The notes below the pieces were generated by a model. It ran no database searches and was not told the DNA's origin. It saw nothing but the letters and a program-made list of their open reading frames with translations. A stretch of DNA of 64,000 nt from Blastocystis sp. Blastoise (Eukaryota > Protista > Bigyra: Opalinata). Location: NCBI GenBank assembly GCA_039096225.1, contig JBBPEB010000033.1, positions 1-64,000 of the forward strand. The letters run 5' to 3'. A program made the translations under genes and the position numbers. This document shows, piece after piece, positions 18,849 to 34,215 of this stretch (positions are counted from its first letter, which is position 1; the number at the start of each line of letters is the position of its first letter).

Positions 18849-18970
18849 TTATAATGATCTACAGTAACGTGGCATAAATACTGTGCTAGTAATGACTGAG
18901 TTTGCTGAAACAAATTCAGTTCTTATAATACTTCTTTTACTCCTTATCTATATATTATATATATATATTC

Positions 18971-19001
<31 letters not shown>

Positions 19002-21396
19002 CTGATGGTTCTTCATAAGAAGCGTCACTCTCCATAATCTTATTATTATGAATGTCTACTATAATTAAATTTTCTGGAATTATATTGGAAATATCAATGA
19101 AAGATGTTGAGTATTTAGATGTTCTTGGAATTTGTCTATTAGAATCATTTATAATATAATATAATCTAGTTCGTGACATACGAGCTAATGGATACTCGTG
19201 TTTCTGGATCAATATAAAAGGACCAATTTGAATATAGTTTAGTGCTTTAATAAGATGAGTTTGCTGTTCTTCTCCACTATCATACGTATTATACATTATA
19301 TATGAATTATCTTGTCGTTCAATACCTTCATCAACTCCTGAAGAAGAAAATACTTTGGTTTCATTAATTAATACTTCTGAGTAAAAAACAATAGGTATCT
19401 TTTTGAAGTTTAGAAGTAATGTTTGAAAAACTGAATGATCTTCAAGACAACTTGAAATATTTATATAACTGTTTATATCTACATTAGGGAGAAGTGCCAT
19501 ATTAACAAAGTCATTAGGTGATGATAATAGAATATAAATTATTTCCTTTATTTGTGATTCAGATAAATCAATATTTGGAGAAGCACGCAAACCCTTTACT
19601 ACATTTATTTCTCCTCGATTAATATGAATATTAGTAAAACCTTCAAATGTGTCCTCTCGAGAAAGAAAATCATTTTCATTATCATTATTATGTTCAGCAA
19701 TTAATATATCATTTACTATATTATCTTCATTTATATCCTCTAAATTATCAGTTAAGTTAATATCGGTAACCTCCTTTTCTATTATTACTCTAATACATGA
19801 TTCATTAAATCTTTTTCTTCCGTAAGTAGATCGTTTAAGAAATGAGTAGAAACGTTCAGATTCATAGGTGGAAGAGTATATTAAAGATCCTGAATTTATA
19901 ATTGTTTCAGGTAAGTGTTTCATAAGATGAATTTGAGAGTTTATAATTTCTCTTGGTAACAATAGTTCACAAAGAAAACAGAATAGAGAACATTGATCTT
20001 TAAATATGTTCAATAAAGCGCTGGGAGTATTACCATTATATGAAAATGCCTGATATATTATTGTAGCTAGAGGATCTATTAATAATATTATTGGTGAATC
20101 AACATTACTAAAGTCTAGGGTTATTAGTGGTAGTATACATGATACGAAGAAGATTCTTGTATGTGATGACATATTATAATATTTCTTTTCATCTAATATA
20201 TATCTGAACTCATATTCATTTTTATTATATAACGTATTAATAGATGATATACGAGACTCAATAATGGACATATTTGTAGGATTTAATGAAAAATGTTTAA
20301 TATACTTCTCTCCGTTACTGAAATATTTCCTGGATAATTTATTAGCATATTGTTTAGTATTAAAACCAAACAGCAAATTAATAATTAGCGTAGAAACATT
20401 ATTGAACAAGTGCATCGTATCGATGCAATAGCAAGTTGATGGATCGAAATATGGAAGTTTTTCTAGAATACCTGGAATTTTCTTCATACCTTTGAAAGAT
20501 ACACAATCACTACATGAATTTCTATTTTTCTGAATTGATATTTTTGTTCTTAATGGATACTCTACTAATTTAAGCGAATCTTTAAAAGAATCCTTCCTGG
20601 GTAGTCTTTCAATAATAGTATCATTTGATGTATGATAATCCTTCATTTGTGGTAGTATAGAATAGGGAGTAGATTTATTATTTAATAATACGGCTGATGG
20701 ATAGTTTATACTTGTTACTGATTTTTTCGTGTTATTTGTATGTACATATTTCTTGACTTCTTTATATGTACATTTTATGCCTTGATGAAAATGTTTTTGC
20801 TTTCTGCACCATCTTAACTCACAACATCTACATGGATAAAGGGATGAGGATCCTGTAAAGTTTGCAACTTTCGTAATGGCAGCACAGTCTCCATATGTAT
20901 GTAATAATAATCCAATTACTGTTTTCTTTTCTATTCTATCATTTATACAAACATCCATCTCTATCCCTTTATATAGGATTTTAAATTCTTCTACTAATAT
21001 ATCAAATATTGAAGATGAGAATGATTCCTTTGTGACACTATACGTCCAAAACTTACGATGATCTGCTTCTCTTATTTCTTTATAGTTCAGCAACTTTATA
21101 AGAATAGGAAATGAAGATAGATTCTCATCTGAGACAGGATCTGAAAAGGGTGATATTCCATCACAGGTCATACTGAAAACAAGAAAAATGTCACCTTTAT
21201 TAATAATATCATTTATAGATTTCTTGAAATTTATACCTGTCATGAATAAAGGAATTTGATTCAAAGAAACACTTTCATTCTGAAGAATACTAATTATTTC
21301 CTCTTTAGTATAATATGATATATCATGTATTAGTCTTTTTGAAGATAACAAGAATCGAATCCTTGGAATTATTGGTAAGATAGTTACCTTTGTTCC

Positions 21397-21486
<90 letters not shown>

Positions 21487-22750
21487 ATATACAATAAATA
21501 CATAATAGATGTATAATAGATATATTATAGGTACATAATAGATGTATAATAGATATATAATAGATGTATAATAGATATATAATAAATATATAATAAATAT
21601 ATAATAGATATACAATAGATATATTATAGCCATATAATAGACATATATTAGATATACAATAGATATATTATAGCCATATAATAGACATATATTAGATATA
21701 TAATAGATATATAATAGCCATATAATAGACATATATTAGATATGCAATGGATATATTATAGCCATATAATAGACATATATTAGATATGCAATAGATATAT
21801 TATAGGTACATAATAAATATATAATAGATATACAATAGATATATTATAGCCATATAATAGACATATATTAGATATATAATAGATATATAATAGATATATA
21901 ATAAATATATAATAGGTATACAATAGATATATTATAGCCATATAATAGACATATATTAGATATATAATAAATATATTATAGATACATAATAGATATATAA
22001 TAGGTATACAATAGATATATTATAGCCATATAATATGTATAATATGTATAATATGTATAATATGTGTAATATGTATAATATATATATATGTATAATATAT
22101 ATATATATATATATAAGCATACCAATATTCATATTACATTCTTCATTTTGACATTTTATTTCGTTTAAAGGTATCAAATTTCTTCCACTATTGAATCCAA
22201 GTAACTCATTACATTTATTACATATATATATATTTTTATGTATAGGTGTTTCACTGTGAGTGGTACAATATTTTCTTATCATATCCTGACCATGATTAGG
22301 AATTGGAATAGGAATACTTTGAGGTGCTGCTAGTTTCTGAATAGAGTTAACTAATTTGTATATATTTCTAATCTTAGCTTTACTTATTGTTAAGGAACGC
22401 CAACAAGAATATATTTCTTCTTCTACTCTTCTATTTTCTGTTTCTTTTATACAATTTTTTGAATACTATACATATAATATATAATTAATCATAATACTTC
22501 TAGTAATAATGAGTTATATAAATACAATTATGTTTTCTATCAGTGACTCTTTTATGGTTTTATTTGGTTCTTCATTAAAGTCATTAGTTTCTATACTACT
22601 ATAATCATTAGATTCTTCATTAAACATATGATGATGAGATCCATCATTCAGATCTGCAACTGAAATATCTAGATATATAGTTATAATAATAATTAAATTA
22701 CTTTTTCGTTTGGCTTTATAGCCTTGTGAACCAAATCCTCTTGTTGCCAT
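18849..22750 (-). CDS. CACTA/EnSpm-type (TnpD/Transposase_21-like) transposase, 5 exons, about 1008 aa, apparently intact
   Basis: Exons 22750-22702, 22668-22526, 22465-22123, 21395-19003 and 18947-18849 splice in frame (3027 nt). Motifs: CNKC..CQNEEC zinc finger, MTCDGISPF..SSFPI, GDCAA..YPCRCC, IDTMHLFNN, HLMKHL..SGSLIYSSTYESERFYSFLK. Element termini not identified. Confidence 0.88.
21396..22122. repeat. Minisatellite-expanded 727-nt intron of the CACTA transposase
   Basis: Tandem degenerate units such as ATAGATATATTATAGCCATATAATAGACATATATTAGAT between a minus-strand GT donor (22122) and AG acceptor (21397-21396). Confidence 0.85.
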
Positions 22751-22803
22751 TCAAAGTAAATAAAATTCTAAATTGTTTTTGCTTTTTTTTTTCTTTTTAG
22801 AAT

Positions 22804-25800
22804 ATGGTGTATGTTATTAAGAATCTATTTTAGTTTAATATTTTTTATAAAGTAACACTATAACACTGAGTAAGGCAGAAATACAAAAAGTTAGGAAGTT
22901 TAAAATGATGATTATGCATGCCGTGAAAGAATTTTACTATTCTATCAGATTTCCAGGCATAAAAGAGTCGTTTAATAAAAGTTATTTAACAAATGATTTA
23001 GAGGTTGTCCTAAGAAGACTAGCACTAAAAGAAGGAATTAATATCAGTTCTATAAAAATAACATCAAAGAAAATTAAAGTATATTTATTAATATTTAATT
23101 GTCAATATATTATAGAAATTATTGTTATATATTCCGTATATACTTGATGAAAAAATACGTTTACAAGCAGGATACATGTTTAAACACTTTCCTGACTCAA
23201 ATAGACTGGATGTTGACAATTGGTTATATATTTTAATAATAAATATAATAAAGAAATATTTTATTTTATTCTATTCTACAGAAAAAGTTGATGATTATCT
23301 AATAATAAAAGAAGTAAGATCAGCATTTGCTGATAAAGTCAATAAATGTATGTTTAATTCATTCTTTGGATTTGAATTAAAGAATGGAGAAGAAATAATA
23401 TCAAAAGAAAAACAGAAAAAAAACGATATTTTTGTATATATATATGTTTATATGTATTTGTCAATATTAATTAGATGGAAAAATGTTAGAAATACCCAGA
23501 TTTCCCTATTGATTTGTATACATACCCAATTTTTTGTATGATTTGGTAGAAATACCCAAAAGTATCTGTTAACATTTTGATTTCATTGTCCAATCGTATT
23601 AATTTATATAATAACCGTGTTTATTAGATGTATTTCTAGAATTTAAATTAACAAAAAAATAAAAGAATAATTCATATTATGACGTTACGATTTGACTATT
23701 TGATCCAATCAATCGATTTTTAAGTTTCTATTAGAAATTCATTTGTTGTACTATATTATTCCTTGAATTTGCTTATTGGCAATTTTATCTATTTTTCTTT
23801 ATTTATATTTATGTCTTATTTTAACTAATATACACATTTGTTTTGTTATATACCCTGTATTTATACTATTAATTCAATAAAATAACTTAATAGACAAGGA
23901 ACATAACATAATTGTCTGTAATTGTTTTAAAAAATAAGATTAGCAGACGTATAAGCGATGAACAACTATAAGATAAACCTGATTAAAAAAGATAACATAG
24001 AATTACCTTATATAACATACTTTTAATTTACTGACAAATTAGTTAATTCAATGAATACTTTATATAAGATCTATATATTTATATTATATGAGTTTATAAA
24101 TCTTATAAAGATGTTTTAAGAAAATAGAACTTATTTTTTGATAATTAACAGATTTCTTGATTCTTTGTATTTTCATATATACTATTACAGTGTCATGAAA
24201 ATATTGTTTAAAGACAAATATATAAATATTAATCTCAAATAACTGTTTTAAGAGTATGAACTGTGAATTGATTAAGAAAAATATTTAATAGATGACGAGA
24301 TTCATGTTAACAAGTTTTGTTTGGTATATGGTATTAGTTTCTCTATACTATATCAAAAGGAAAGATAGTTTTATTCTGGATCAAGTAAATGTCGAAATGG
24401 AAAATGTTGTTTAAAAATCATGAATGCGTATGTATTGTGTTTGGTTGCTTATGTTGAGCATACTGACCAGAATTCAGTTTAAAATAATAAACTACAGTTG
24501 TTAAAGTATTAATGATTGCTAAATAAACTCTGTATTTGAGTATATTTTGAAAATAAAAAATGAATCTAAGTTTTAAAACTGCATTTAACTCAATTCTAAC
24601 ATATTTCGAATAAGCTACACTGTTGAGAATAAAACAGATTACAACTCATTTCAGAAACTATGAAGTTTTGAAGGATGAAGAGCTATAAATAATTTAATAA
24701 ATGCATTCATAAGTGTAAAAAGAACATATAATTAAAATGTTTATTAAATAAAATATCAATATATATATATATAAGGAATGACTTATGTCAGGAGTTGAAC
24801 CTGATTGCTATCTAATTATGATAGCCTCTCACCTTATAGAGCATAAGAGTAATAATAATAATGATAATAATATTAAAATACATAATATCCAATATATATA
24901 TATATTAATATATATATATATATATATAAATTAATGAAATAAGAAATATAAATAAGAAATAAAAATGGGAAAATCTTTTTATTAATAAAAATAAATATTA
25001 TATTAATAAGTATAACAGATAGAAATAATTAAAATATGAAGAGAAGTATGTATATATATATATATATATATAGATATAAAAGATAATGAAAAATAAGAAT
25101 TGAATATAGAAAAAAATTGAAGACAAGAATAAGGAGAATAAGGGAAAATAAATTAAGAAGAAGAATAATATTAATTAAATGAGAATAAGGAATTGATTAG
25201 AAGGATAAAGAGCGAAAAGAATTTATATGTATAAAGAAGAATTAGGGGAAGAGGAAGCACATATAGATAATAAGATAAGAAGATAAAAAAGAAAAAAGAA
25301 AGATGAAGAATAGAAAATCATGTAGAAGAGAAAAAGAAGAAAGAAGGTAGAGAAGAGTTAGAAGAACTATAAAGGAAAATCTATTAGAAAAGAAATAAAA
25401 ATATGAGGAGAATACACATAAGAAGAACAAGTGAAGATGTAGGAGAATGATAAAATATAATATTAGAAAAAGAGTATGAAAGTGAAAAACATTAAATATA
25501 AATAATATTCTGTATAATAAATATTGAAAATAATGAGATATAGAAAAATAGATGAAATGGAATAAAATGAGAAAAACAGAAAAGAGAAAATAATTATAAG
25601 ATTTAAAAAGAAGATGCTGAAGAAGAAGGAGAGGAATGATATAGAGAAGATATAGAAAGATAAGAAGCAAAAGATATAGAAAAAGTGGAAAAAGGATAAA
25701 TAGAAGAAAAAGAAAGAGATATAGAGAAGGAGATTGAGAAGGAAAAACAGGAGATAAAGGATATATAGGAGAATAGAAAGAGAAGAAGGATAAATAGAAG

Positions 25801-27210
25801 AAGAAGACAGAGGAGGAGAAGAATGATTAAATGAAGAAGAAGAAGGATTAAATGAAGAAGAAGAAGAAAGATGAATAGAAGAAGAAGAAGATGATGATGA
25901 ATAGAAGAAGAAGGAGAAGAAGAAGGAGAAGGAGAAGTAGAAGAAGGAGAAGGAGAAGGAGAAGGAGAAGGAGAAGAAGGAGAAGAAGAAGAAGAAGAAG
26001 AAGAAGAAGAAGAAGAAGAAGAAGAAGAAGAAGGAGAAAAAGATGAATAGAAGAAGAAGAAGGATATCAATGAAGAGAAGGAGATTGAGAAGGAGAACAA
26101 GGAAAAGAACGAAAAAAAAAAAAAGAATATATCGAAAAAGAAGAATATATATATAAAGAAGAAGAATAAAGAGAATAATTATATATAGACGAAGAATAAG
26201 ATAAACAGAAGATATAGAAAAGAAGGAGAAGGAAGAGAAAAGAAGAAGTACAATAGAAAAATATGTTGGAAAATAATGATAAATAGAAGATATAGAAGAA
26301 GAAGTAGATGCAGAAAATATAGAAGAAAGATATATAGACAAGGATAGAGAAGAATAAGTAGAATATATATATAGAAGAAGAAAAAAGATGAAGAAGAATA
26401 GAAGACATAGACGAAGAATAAGGAGATAAAGGAGGTATAGAAGATATAGGAGGAGAATGATATGGAGAAAATGTAGAATAAGAATAAGGATACATAAAAG
26501 AGAAAATACAGATGAAGAAGATAGAAGATAAAGAATATATAGAAGAAGGATATACAGAAAGAGAAGGAGAAGAAAAAGAAGACAAGAAGGACCAGAAGAA
26601 AAATAAGATTAAATAAAAGAAGAAGAAACAGAAAGAGATAGAGAGAAGGTGATTCAGAATTAAAATAAATAGAAGAAGGATAAATAGATGAAAAAGAACG
26701 AGAAAGGAATGAACAAGGAGACAAAAAATAAGGATATATAGAAGAAGAAGGAAAATAGAAACAATGTGTAGATGAGAATTAAAAGGAATAAAGAATAAGG
26801 AAAGTATAATTGGAAGAAGATGAGAAAAAGAAGTAATAATATAGAAGGAAATAAAGAAGAAGAGTAGGAAAAGGAAGAGTTGAAGGAAATGAAAAAGAAG
26901 ACAATCATGATAAAGAGATTGAAATGAAGAGAGTAGGTAATGATAGGAGAAGAAGAACCAGTAATAATTAATGGAGGAAAGAAGAAAGTGAAGGAAAAAC
27001 TAGAATATAGAATAGAAGAACATGAAATAAAACATACTATAAAGTAATATTAAGAAAAACAATAACTGTTTTATGTAACATAAGAGTATAAGAATAAAAA
27101 TGAGTAAAAACTAGAGAGTAGATGAATGGAAGAGAGAAGAGGAGAACAAGGCCAATTAAGGACAAGAGGAGAAAATAAGAATGAATAAAAACAAATATAT
27201 AAAAGTTTTG

Positions 27211-27292
<82 letters not shown>

Positions 27293-30200
27293 AATAAAAA
27301 AGAGAAAAATAAAAAGAAAATGAAATAATTTAAACTATAAGTCAATAAATATATAGAAGAAAGTAAATAATAATTATATATAAAAATAATATTCAATAAT
27401 TAAGAAATTTATATAATATAACCAAAATATAAGAAGTTAATAATATATATATACTATACAAAAAAGAAACCAAGCAGTTATTGACCAGAAAAGCAAGAAC
27501 TATATTTAAAAACATTATAATAATAGATATGAACGTATATATAATAATATAATTATAATTATAAAGAAAATAAATAGAGAAAATATATACATCTACAATC
27601 TGAGTATTAATACAAGCAAATCTATAACAACGATGACATTTGAGTTATGAAAGTTGTTTATTAAGCCTAGATATTTGTGCTACTTTGTGACTTAAGACCA
27701 ATTTGTTGAGACAATTACCAACTTTATTTTCTGGAAGCTTTAAAACCGATACAATAAACACAATCAATCCATTGTGACTCACTGAGAAAGCCTAAAGAAA
27801 CAGTTTTATATGGTGACGTCACATCATCCCATTTATAACCATAAGACAATAGCTGATCATCTAACTTAACCATTTTACATCACCTATATAAGCTTATAAT
27901 AGAGAAAGAGAACATACCACCTTAGATCAATCTGCCAATGGAGACCGCAAGGTACTCTACTATACTCCTAGGTCCTATATATAGATAAATATATACTTAA
28001 AACATACAAAAACGAAATTAATCATATTTTTTATATGATTATTGAAACTTCACTATAAATTAACTTATTAAATTTTATTGAAATCTTAATATTTCTGCTT
28101 TTTATTATTTATTATTTTATTTAAATACTTTAAACTGTTATTCTTACTCCTGATGTCTCGTCGTTGTTGATGAAGTATGTATTTATGTAAATAAAAATAG
28201 TTAATTGATTAATTATTTATAGAGTGTTACATAAAACAAAATTGATGATTCAAGTCATGAGAAAATCACTTGACTTGATGAAGGCAAGAAGAATTAGTCG
28301 ATTATATGATAGTCACTAGATTGCCTAAATGTGTAGAACTGTCAGAAAAGGTGAGTTTGTGTGTGTTTGAATTTGAATTCAACATATATTTAAATACATA
28401 TTTCACTAATTAATTCAATTTTAGAGAAGTTACAAACACAATTGATTTTTCTTGGTGATATGTTGAGTTAGAATGTCGTTATTTTAATTTTCTATTAGTA
28501 ATTTGAATTTAATTATGACCTATATAAACTAAAGTTAATTATAATAGTTTTCTAGGTAATGTAGATTTGTCAAGGTTCTTTAAAAGTTTTGAAAGTAGTT
28601 TATAAATGTTACAAATGATCATTAGTGTCAATTATATTAATATAAACAGTTGAAATGATTTTTAAGAATATAAGCACACTATGGACATTTTTTCAGGTTT
28701 CTGTCAAAAGGTCCAACGACTTTTTTGTTTTGGTTTCCCCAGTGGTGAGCAGTGAAAATTTTTAAATATGTAGCTGACAAAAGGTTATTTGATTTTTCTG
28801 TTTGGTTTCCCAGTGGTGGAGCAGTGAAAAAATTTTAAAGGGTAGCTGACAAAAGGTCCAACGACTTTTTTGCTTTGGTTTCCAGTGGTGAGCAGTGAAA
28901 TTTTTTGTAGAGTTTCAGTGATTTTATAAAATCGAAAAGCAGTGCAAAAGTATGACGCACCTTAAAACAATAATTGGCGAATAAAAATGGTTTTAAATAT
29001 TCTCTATTTTTTCATTTATTGGCTTTTTTTTTCTTTTTGTGGTGTAATAATAAACGATATAAAAAAAAAAAATTAAATATTATAAATAATCATAAAAAAA
29101 ATAATAGAAAAAATAATAATAAATATATAAAAAAAAGATAATAAAAATATAATAAATAATATAATAAAATATATATAATATTTATTATAATATTTAACAG
29201 GGTTTGTCTTTAATTTGCATTTAGCCTAACCAACCTATATAAAGAGATGATATTAGTTGTATTACTAATAATAATATATATATAAATTTTAAAATAATAA
29301 TAAAATAAAAAAATTCCTTTTCTAATCATTACAAGAAGGCAAGGAATAAAGACAAAGAACCTCTATAAAGATATATGATAAATAGTATAATGAATAAAAC
29401 AATATAATTAAATATATATATATACTTTTTACCATTCTCAATTGGCCAACAACGACAGAAAGTTATGGAACCTATATAAAGATAGAGTGGTTGTAGAATA
29501 TAATAATATAGATATAATAAAATAATATAGAATAATAAAATATAAATATAATTCCTATATAAATATAAAGTGGGGTTAGTTATATAATATGTAATAGATA
29601 ATATAGTTGTCCTTTATTCATGTTGTTCCTTATTTAGCCAAGCAGCATAACTATAAAAATAAAGAAAAAAAATATATATATATTAAAAGGACCATACCAC
29701 ACAAAGAAGGGAGAACTAAGGGCCAGGAAGCCAAGCAAGAGCAGAGACAGCCTATAGAAAATGAAAAAGAGTAGAAAAAATAAAATATAAAGAAACAGCC
29801 CTACCACATAAGTACATATATATGAAATAAAGTAATAATTTAATATACATTATAGATATAAGATATAATAAAATAAATATGTGATAAGCATGTAGGATTT
29901 TGTTTTGTTATAAAAGGGTGTATAGGAATTTAGAAGATATAGCTGAAATAATGAAAATAAACATGAATAATCTCATATCTATAAATATAGTCTTCATATA
30001 AATAAAATGAATGGTTAAGAATAAAAGAGAAGAAATTTTATTTCTATGAGGAAAATGGATATTGTTATTGTTATTTTCAATTTATCTAATTATTATTAAT
30101 CTATAAAAAATGTTTTATTTTAAAGAATTATATATTTTTTTATTATAATGTTTTATAATTAGTTTAGCGACAGAGAGCATTTTTATAGTTAATTATCAAA

Positions 30201-31503
30201 ATTATTCTTAGTATCACTTTGTAAGTATCTTATTTTTTAAATAAACTAGGCTATAATCGATTATAGAGGCCTGAGCTTTAATCCAAAAAAAAGTGTTATA
30301 TAATTCAGATGATTGTCTGAATCTTATTTAGAGTTTTTTGTACATACTTTAATAAAGATTAAATAAAGAGAAAGATGATAAAAAAGGCTAGAGTCAAAAT
30401 TGTATAATTCTTTTATCTATTTGTGTGTTTTCAATATTTTAATATCATAATAATGAAAAGAAAAACATTAAGTCAATTAAGTCAAAATTGTAATCAAGTA
30501 AAGTCTTTAAACCTCTTCATAAACTAAAAGTATAGAGTGAGTGTTTTCCAGTTAAAATAAGTTTATGTAAATAATATCAAAAAAAATAAATTATTTTTTA
30601 TAATTACTCAAGACACTTTTTCTATAACTAAGGACTCAAGCTATCAAATATGCATATAATAAGCAAAAATAATATTTTGTTATTTTTAATTGAAAAGTCA
30701 GATCGTGTTGATAGTTTACTATAAAAAAATGCAAATCATTTTTATAAAAAAATGTTTAATCTCATTAATCGTTATATTCATGATTTATTCATTGTCTACT
30801 TACCGTGTTTAATCATCTTCAGTGATTTTTAGTGAAACTAAAATTATTTCAAATATATATTTTATTTTCAATAATAACAGAAACGTCTCATATTGCATAT
30901 TTAGTGTCTAAATGAGTTTAAACATGACAGTGATATCAATTAATCAAAAATTATAAAATATAAGAATTCTTTTTTGCTTGTCTTAAATCATGTTAAGAGT
31001 AAATGAATGAATGTTCATAGTCATCTGATGATTTTGTATTATTTTCAAAATATTTTTTTTTTAACAAGAATAATTTTATTTTGTTTATCAAGTCAAAAAT
31101 GTATTTAAATGATTTTTTTCTATGTATACGGATCTATAAAAAAAATTGAACAGAATCTTTTGATAATATTTTTGGTAATAATATATATGAAGGAAACAAA
31201 TATTTTAAAAAATAATGAAAGAGTGATATAAAAGGGAAGCGAAGATAAGAGAGAGGTATAATTAAAAAAAAGAAAAATAAAGGAATTTAGATAGAAGAAA
31301 AAATAAAAGAAAAATGAAGATCTGAGGAAGATAATGAATCAAAGGGAGAGACAAGGATATAGGCTGGAGACAAGGCATAGGAAGAAGTAATAAAGAAAGA
31401 AGATGAAGAAATAAGGAGATAAAAGTGTAGAAGGAAGAAAATGAAGAAGAGAGAAGAAGGAATCATTTTGTGTAAGAAGAAGAAATAAAGAAGAACTAGA
31501 TAA

Positions 31504-31534
<31 letters not shown>

Positions 31535-33575
31535 ACATACCTAATAGAAAAAAATGAATTTGGTGATGTTGAGTCATAGGGAAAGATAACCAACAGAAAC
31601 AGTAGAAAACAACCTAAATAAATAAATAATAATAAATAAAAATATAAAAATAATGAAAATAAATAATAAAATGAATTAAATTAATTCAAGAAAAAAAAAG
31701 AAAGTTAATAATAGATAGAATGAATATACGATAAGTATTTTATCATATAATATTACAGCAATATAAAAAATAAAAAGATAAGAGATAATTATAAAAATAA
31801 ATAAATACATATATACTTTGAAAACAGTTTGACATCATAGACGTTGTTGACATGGACTGAAGAGGACTCTTATAACCACGGACGAGCAGGAACCTATACA
31901 TGCTAGAGAATGGGAGAATGTTAATATGGGTAAAGAATAAAAAATAGCAATATACATACAAGGGAACAGTCTGAAGTTAAAATGAGCTTCTATTTTTAAA
32001 AATAAAGGCAAATAAAAATAGAATAAAAATAAAAAAAATATGTAACAAATGAAATATTTTCTAAGTCAATAGGCTCAATAGCGTATGGGTGTCTTCAGGT
32101 CTTAAAAGAAAAATCATTTTTGCGGGAATATCAAGAAATTCAAAAAAGTATATTTTCCCTCCTTTTTTCGCTGTCACTTTTTTTTAATATTTTTGACTTT
32201 ATAGTATTAAAATCGATTCTTACAGGCATGTATAGACACTTTATACCACTTTTGAAACTAAAAATCAAATATTCAAAAATGAGTGAAAATCACAACAAGC
32301 AAGAAAAACAATTTTGTAAGCTGAGTATGTTGTGTATAAGTATGTCTAACAACAGAGATGATAAAAACGCACAACTCCTCTTGGTTTAGGACATAATTAT
32401 GAATTCTCTTAAAAAAGCTATTTTAAACCTTAAAACGATACCCTGAACTATAAATCAAGTCCTGAATGATATTCTAAAGTCATATTTTTAAAAACAGGTT
32501 TATTGACGATAATCAATAAACAAAAACAAGAGCTTCTGTTTTACTTTTCTTTTTTGAATTTTTAATTGTTTTGACTTTCTAGGGTAGTTGGCTAAAAGAA
32601 TGCTGTCGTCTTTAGGCTAAAAAATTATGAATAAAAAAGTCAAGTCATTTTATTGTTTTTTCCTTGGGAAATCAAAAAGAAGAAATTTTTAGGTGTGTGT
32701 TGATTTAGGCTGTATAATGGTTTATATTGTAAAAGGACTTGACGAGAATGATTGAAATGATAATATATCACTCAGAGAATACACAAATTTTAAAAACTTC
32801 TCACTCATGTAATCCATTCCTGAATTATAGACTTCAGAGAAAAAATTAAAGTCTTTTTGGTTTTAAACAGTCATTTTAAATCATAAAACACTGTAAAATA
32901 GTCAATATTTAGAATGTCTATGATTATATAAATAAACAATATATTTTGTAGAGTTATTTTTAAGTTTTTCTCGTCAAAAAGAGAGAAACTTGACAAGTTG
33001 GCGGACACTCTTTTCTCGAGTTTAGGCCAACGTATTTTTGATTAAAAAATCCCAGTCATTTTGTTGTTTCTCTTACGGGAAATAGGGTCAAAAAAACACA
33101 AAATGTCCATAGTGGCAAAGAATGCATTGATTGTTTATAGACTTCAAGATGTTATTGATGAATATTTATTTTTTATTTGTGTGTAGAATTGATTAGAAGA
33201 ATGATTAACAAAATAAATTATTGAATAGAAAATTATAGGTGAATGTAATTGTGAATGTGTTTGGTTTTAAGTAAAGGTATTTAAAAACAATATAGAAGAG
33301 CGACTAACGATGTATAGAGTTTATTCAATTACATGAAACTCAATATACCCTTTCATACTGGCTATAATGAATGAGAATATCTATAGAGAAAAATATAAAA
33401 ATTTATATAAAAAAAATATAGTATATAACCTTAGATCAGGAATTGAACCTGATAACAATCTATTAATGATTGATACTGACCATATTCAGTCTAAGGAATA
33501 TTAATTATGCGAATATAATTATATATATATATATATATATATGTTTGCAGAAAAGAGACTATAAAAAAAGTGTAG

Positions 33576-33615
<40 letters not shown>

Positions 33616-34168
33616 TCCAGTATACCTCTTATATCTATTATACCTATTAATAATAACCTATATAATGAAAACATTTAGAATAAAAAAAATATATCAATAT
33701 ATAACAGAATATAATGTATTAAAGAATAAAGTAGAGAACAGAATACTAATAAAAAAATATATAAAAAAAAGAAGTATTATATAATATATACTATAAATAA
33801 GAATTGCATATATATAGTAGGAAATAAATTGAAGATATACTCTATAAATAGCTAGAGAATAAAATAAATGAATAAAATATATATAAATAAATTAAATAAA
33901 CACAATATAATATTATAATAGTAAAATATTACATATTAAACTATTATAAATATTAATAAAATATATACAAAAAAATCGTATTAACATTATTTATAATAAT
34001 TTCTATAAGTCGATTAATATCTATATACATAAATAATAATATACATAATAAATATAAGATATACATATATAAAAAAATGAATGAATAATATGACATGAAT
34101 TAATTAAGGGAATAACAAGTTTATATATATATATGAATATATACATAAATGTAATAATGAAAAAAAGA

Positions 34169-34215
<47 letters not shown>

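Larger units (their letters stand above)
28677..33114. mobile_element. Non-autonomous CACTA element (4438 bp) nested in the MULE
   Basis: 15-bp TIR CACTATGGACATTTT / AAAATGTCCATAGTG. 3-bp TSD GCA (28674-28676, 33115-33117). Three approximately 70-bp tandem subterminal repeats at 28700-28910. Confidence 0.93.

Noticed and set aside
21396-21732. N-terminal 112 aa of the 920-aa ORF
   Set aside because: Intronic minisatellite read-through; the real exon begins at 21395 after a (TA)nG acceptor.
25242-27396. Many overlapping Phe/Ser/Leu-rich minus-strand ORFs
   Set aside because: Pyrimidine-rich low-complexity DNA is naturally poor in stop codons; the ORFs overlap in all frames and have no motifs.
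28700-28910. CRISPR-like repeat array (also 46220-46360 and 55490-56000)
   Set aside because: Eukaryotic context, no unique equal-length spacers, no cas genes; explained as subterminal or palindromic repeats.
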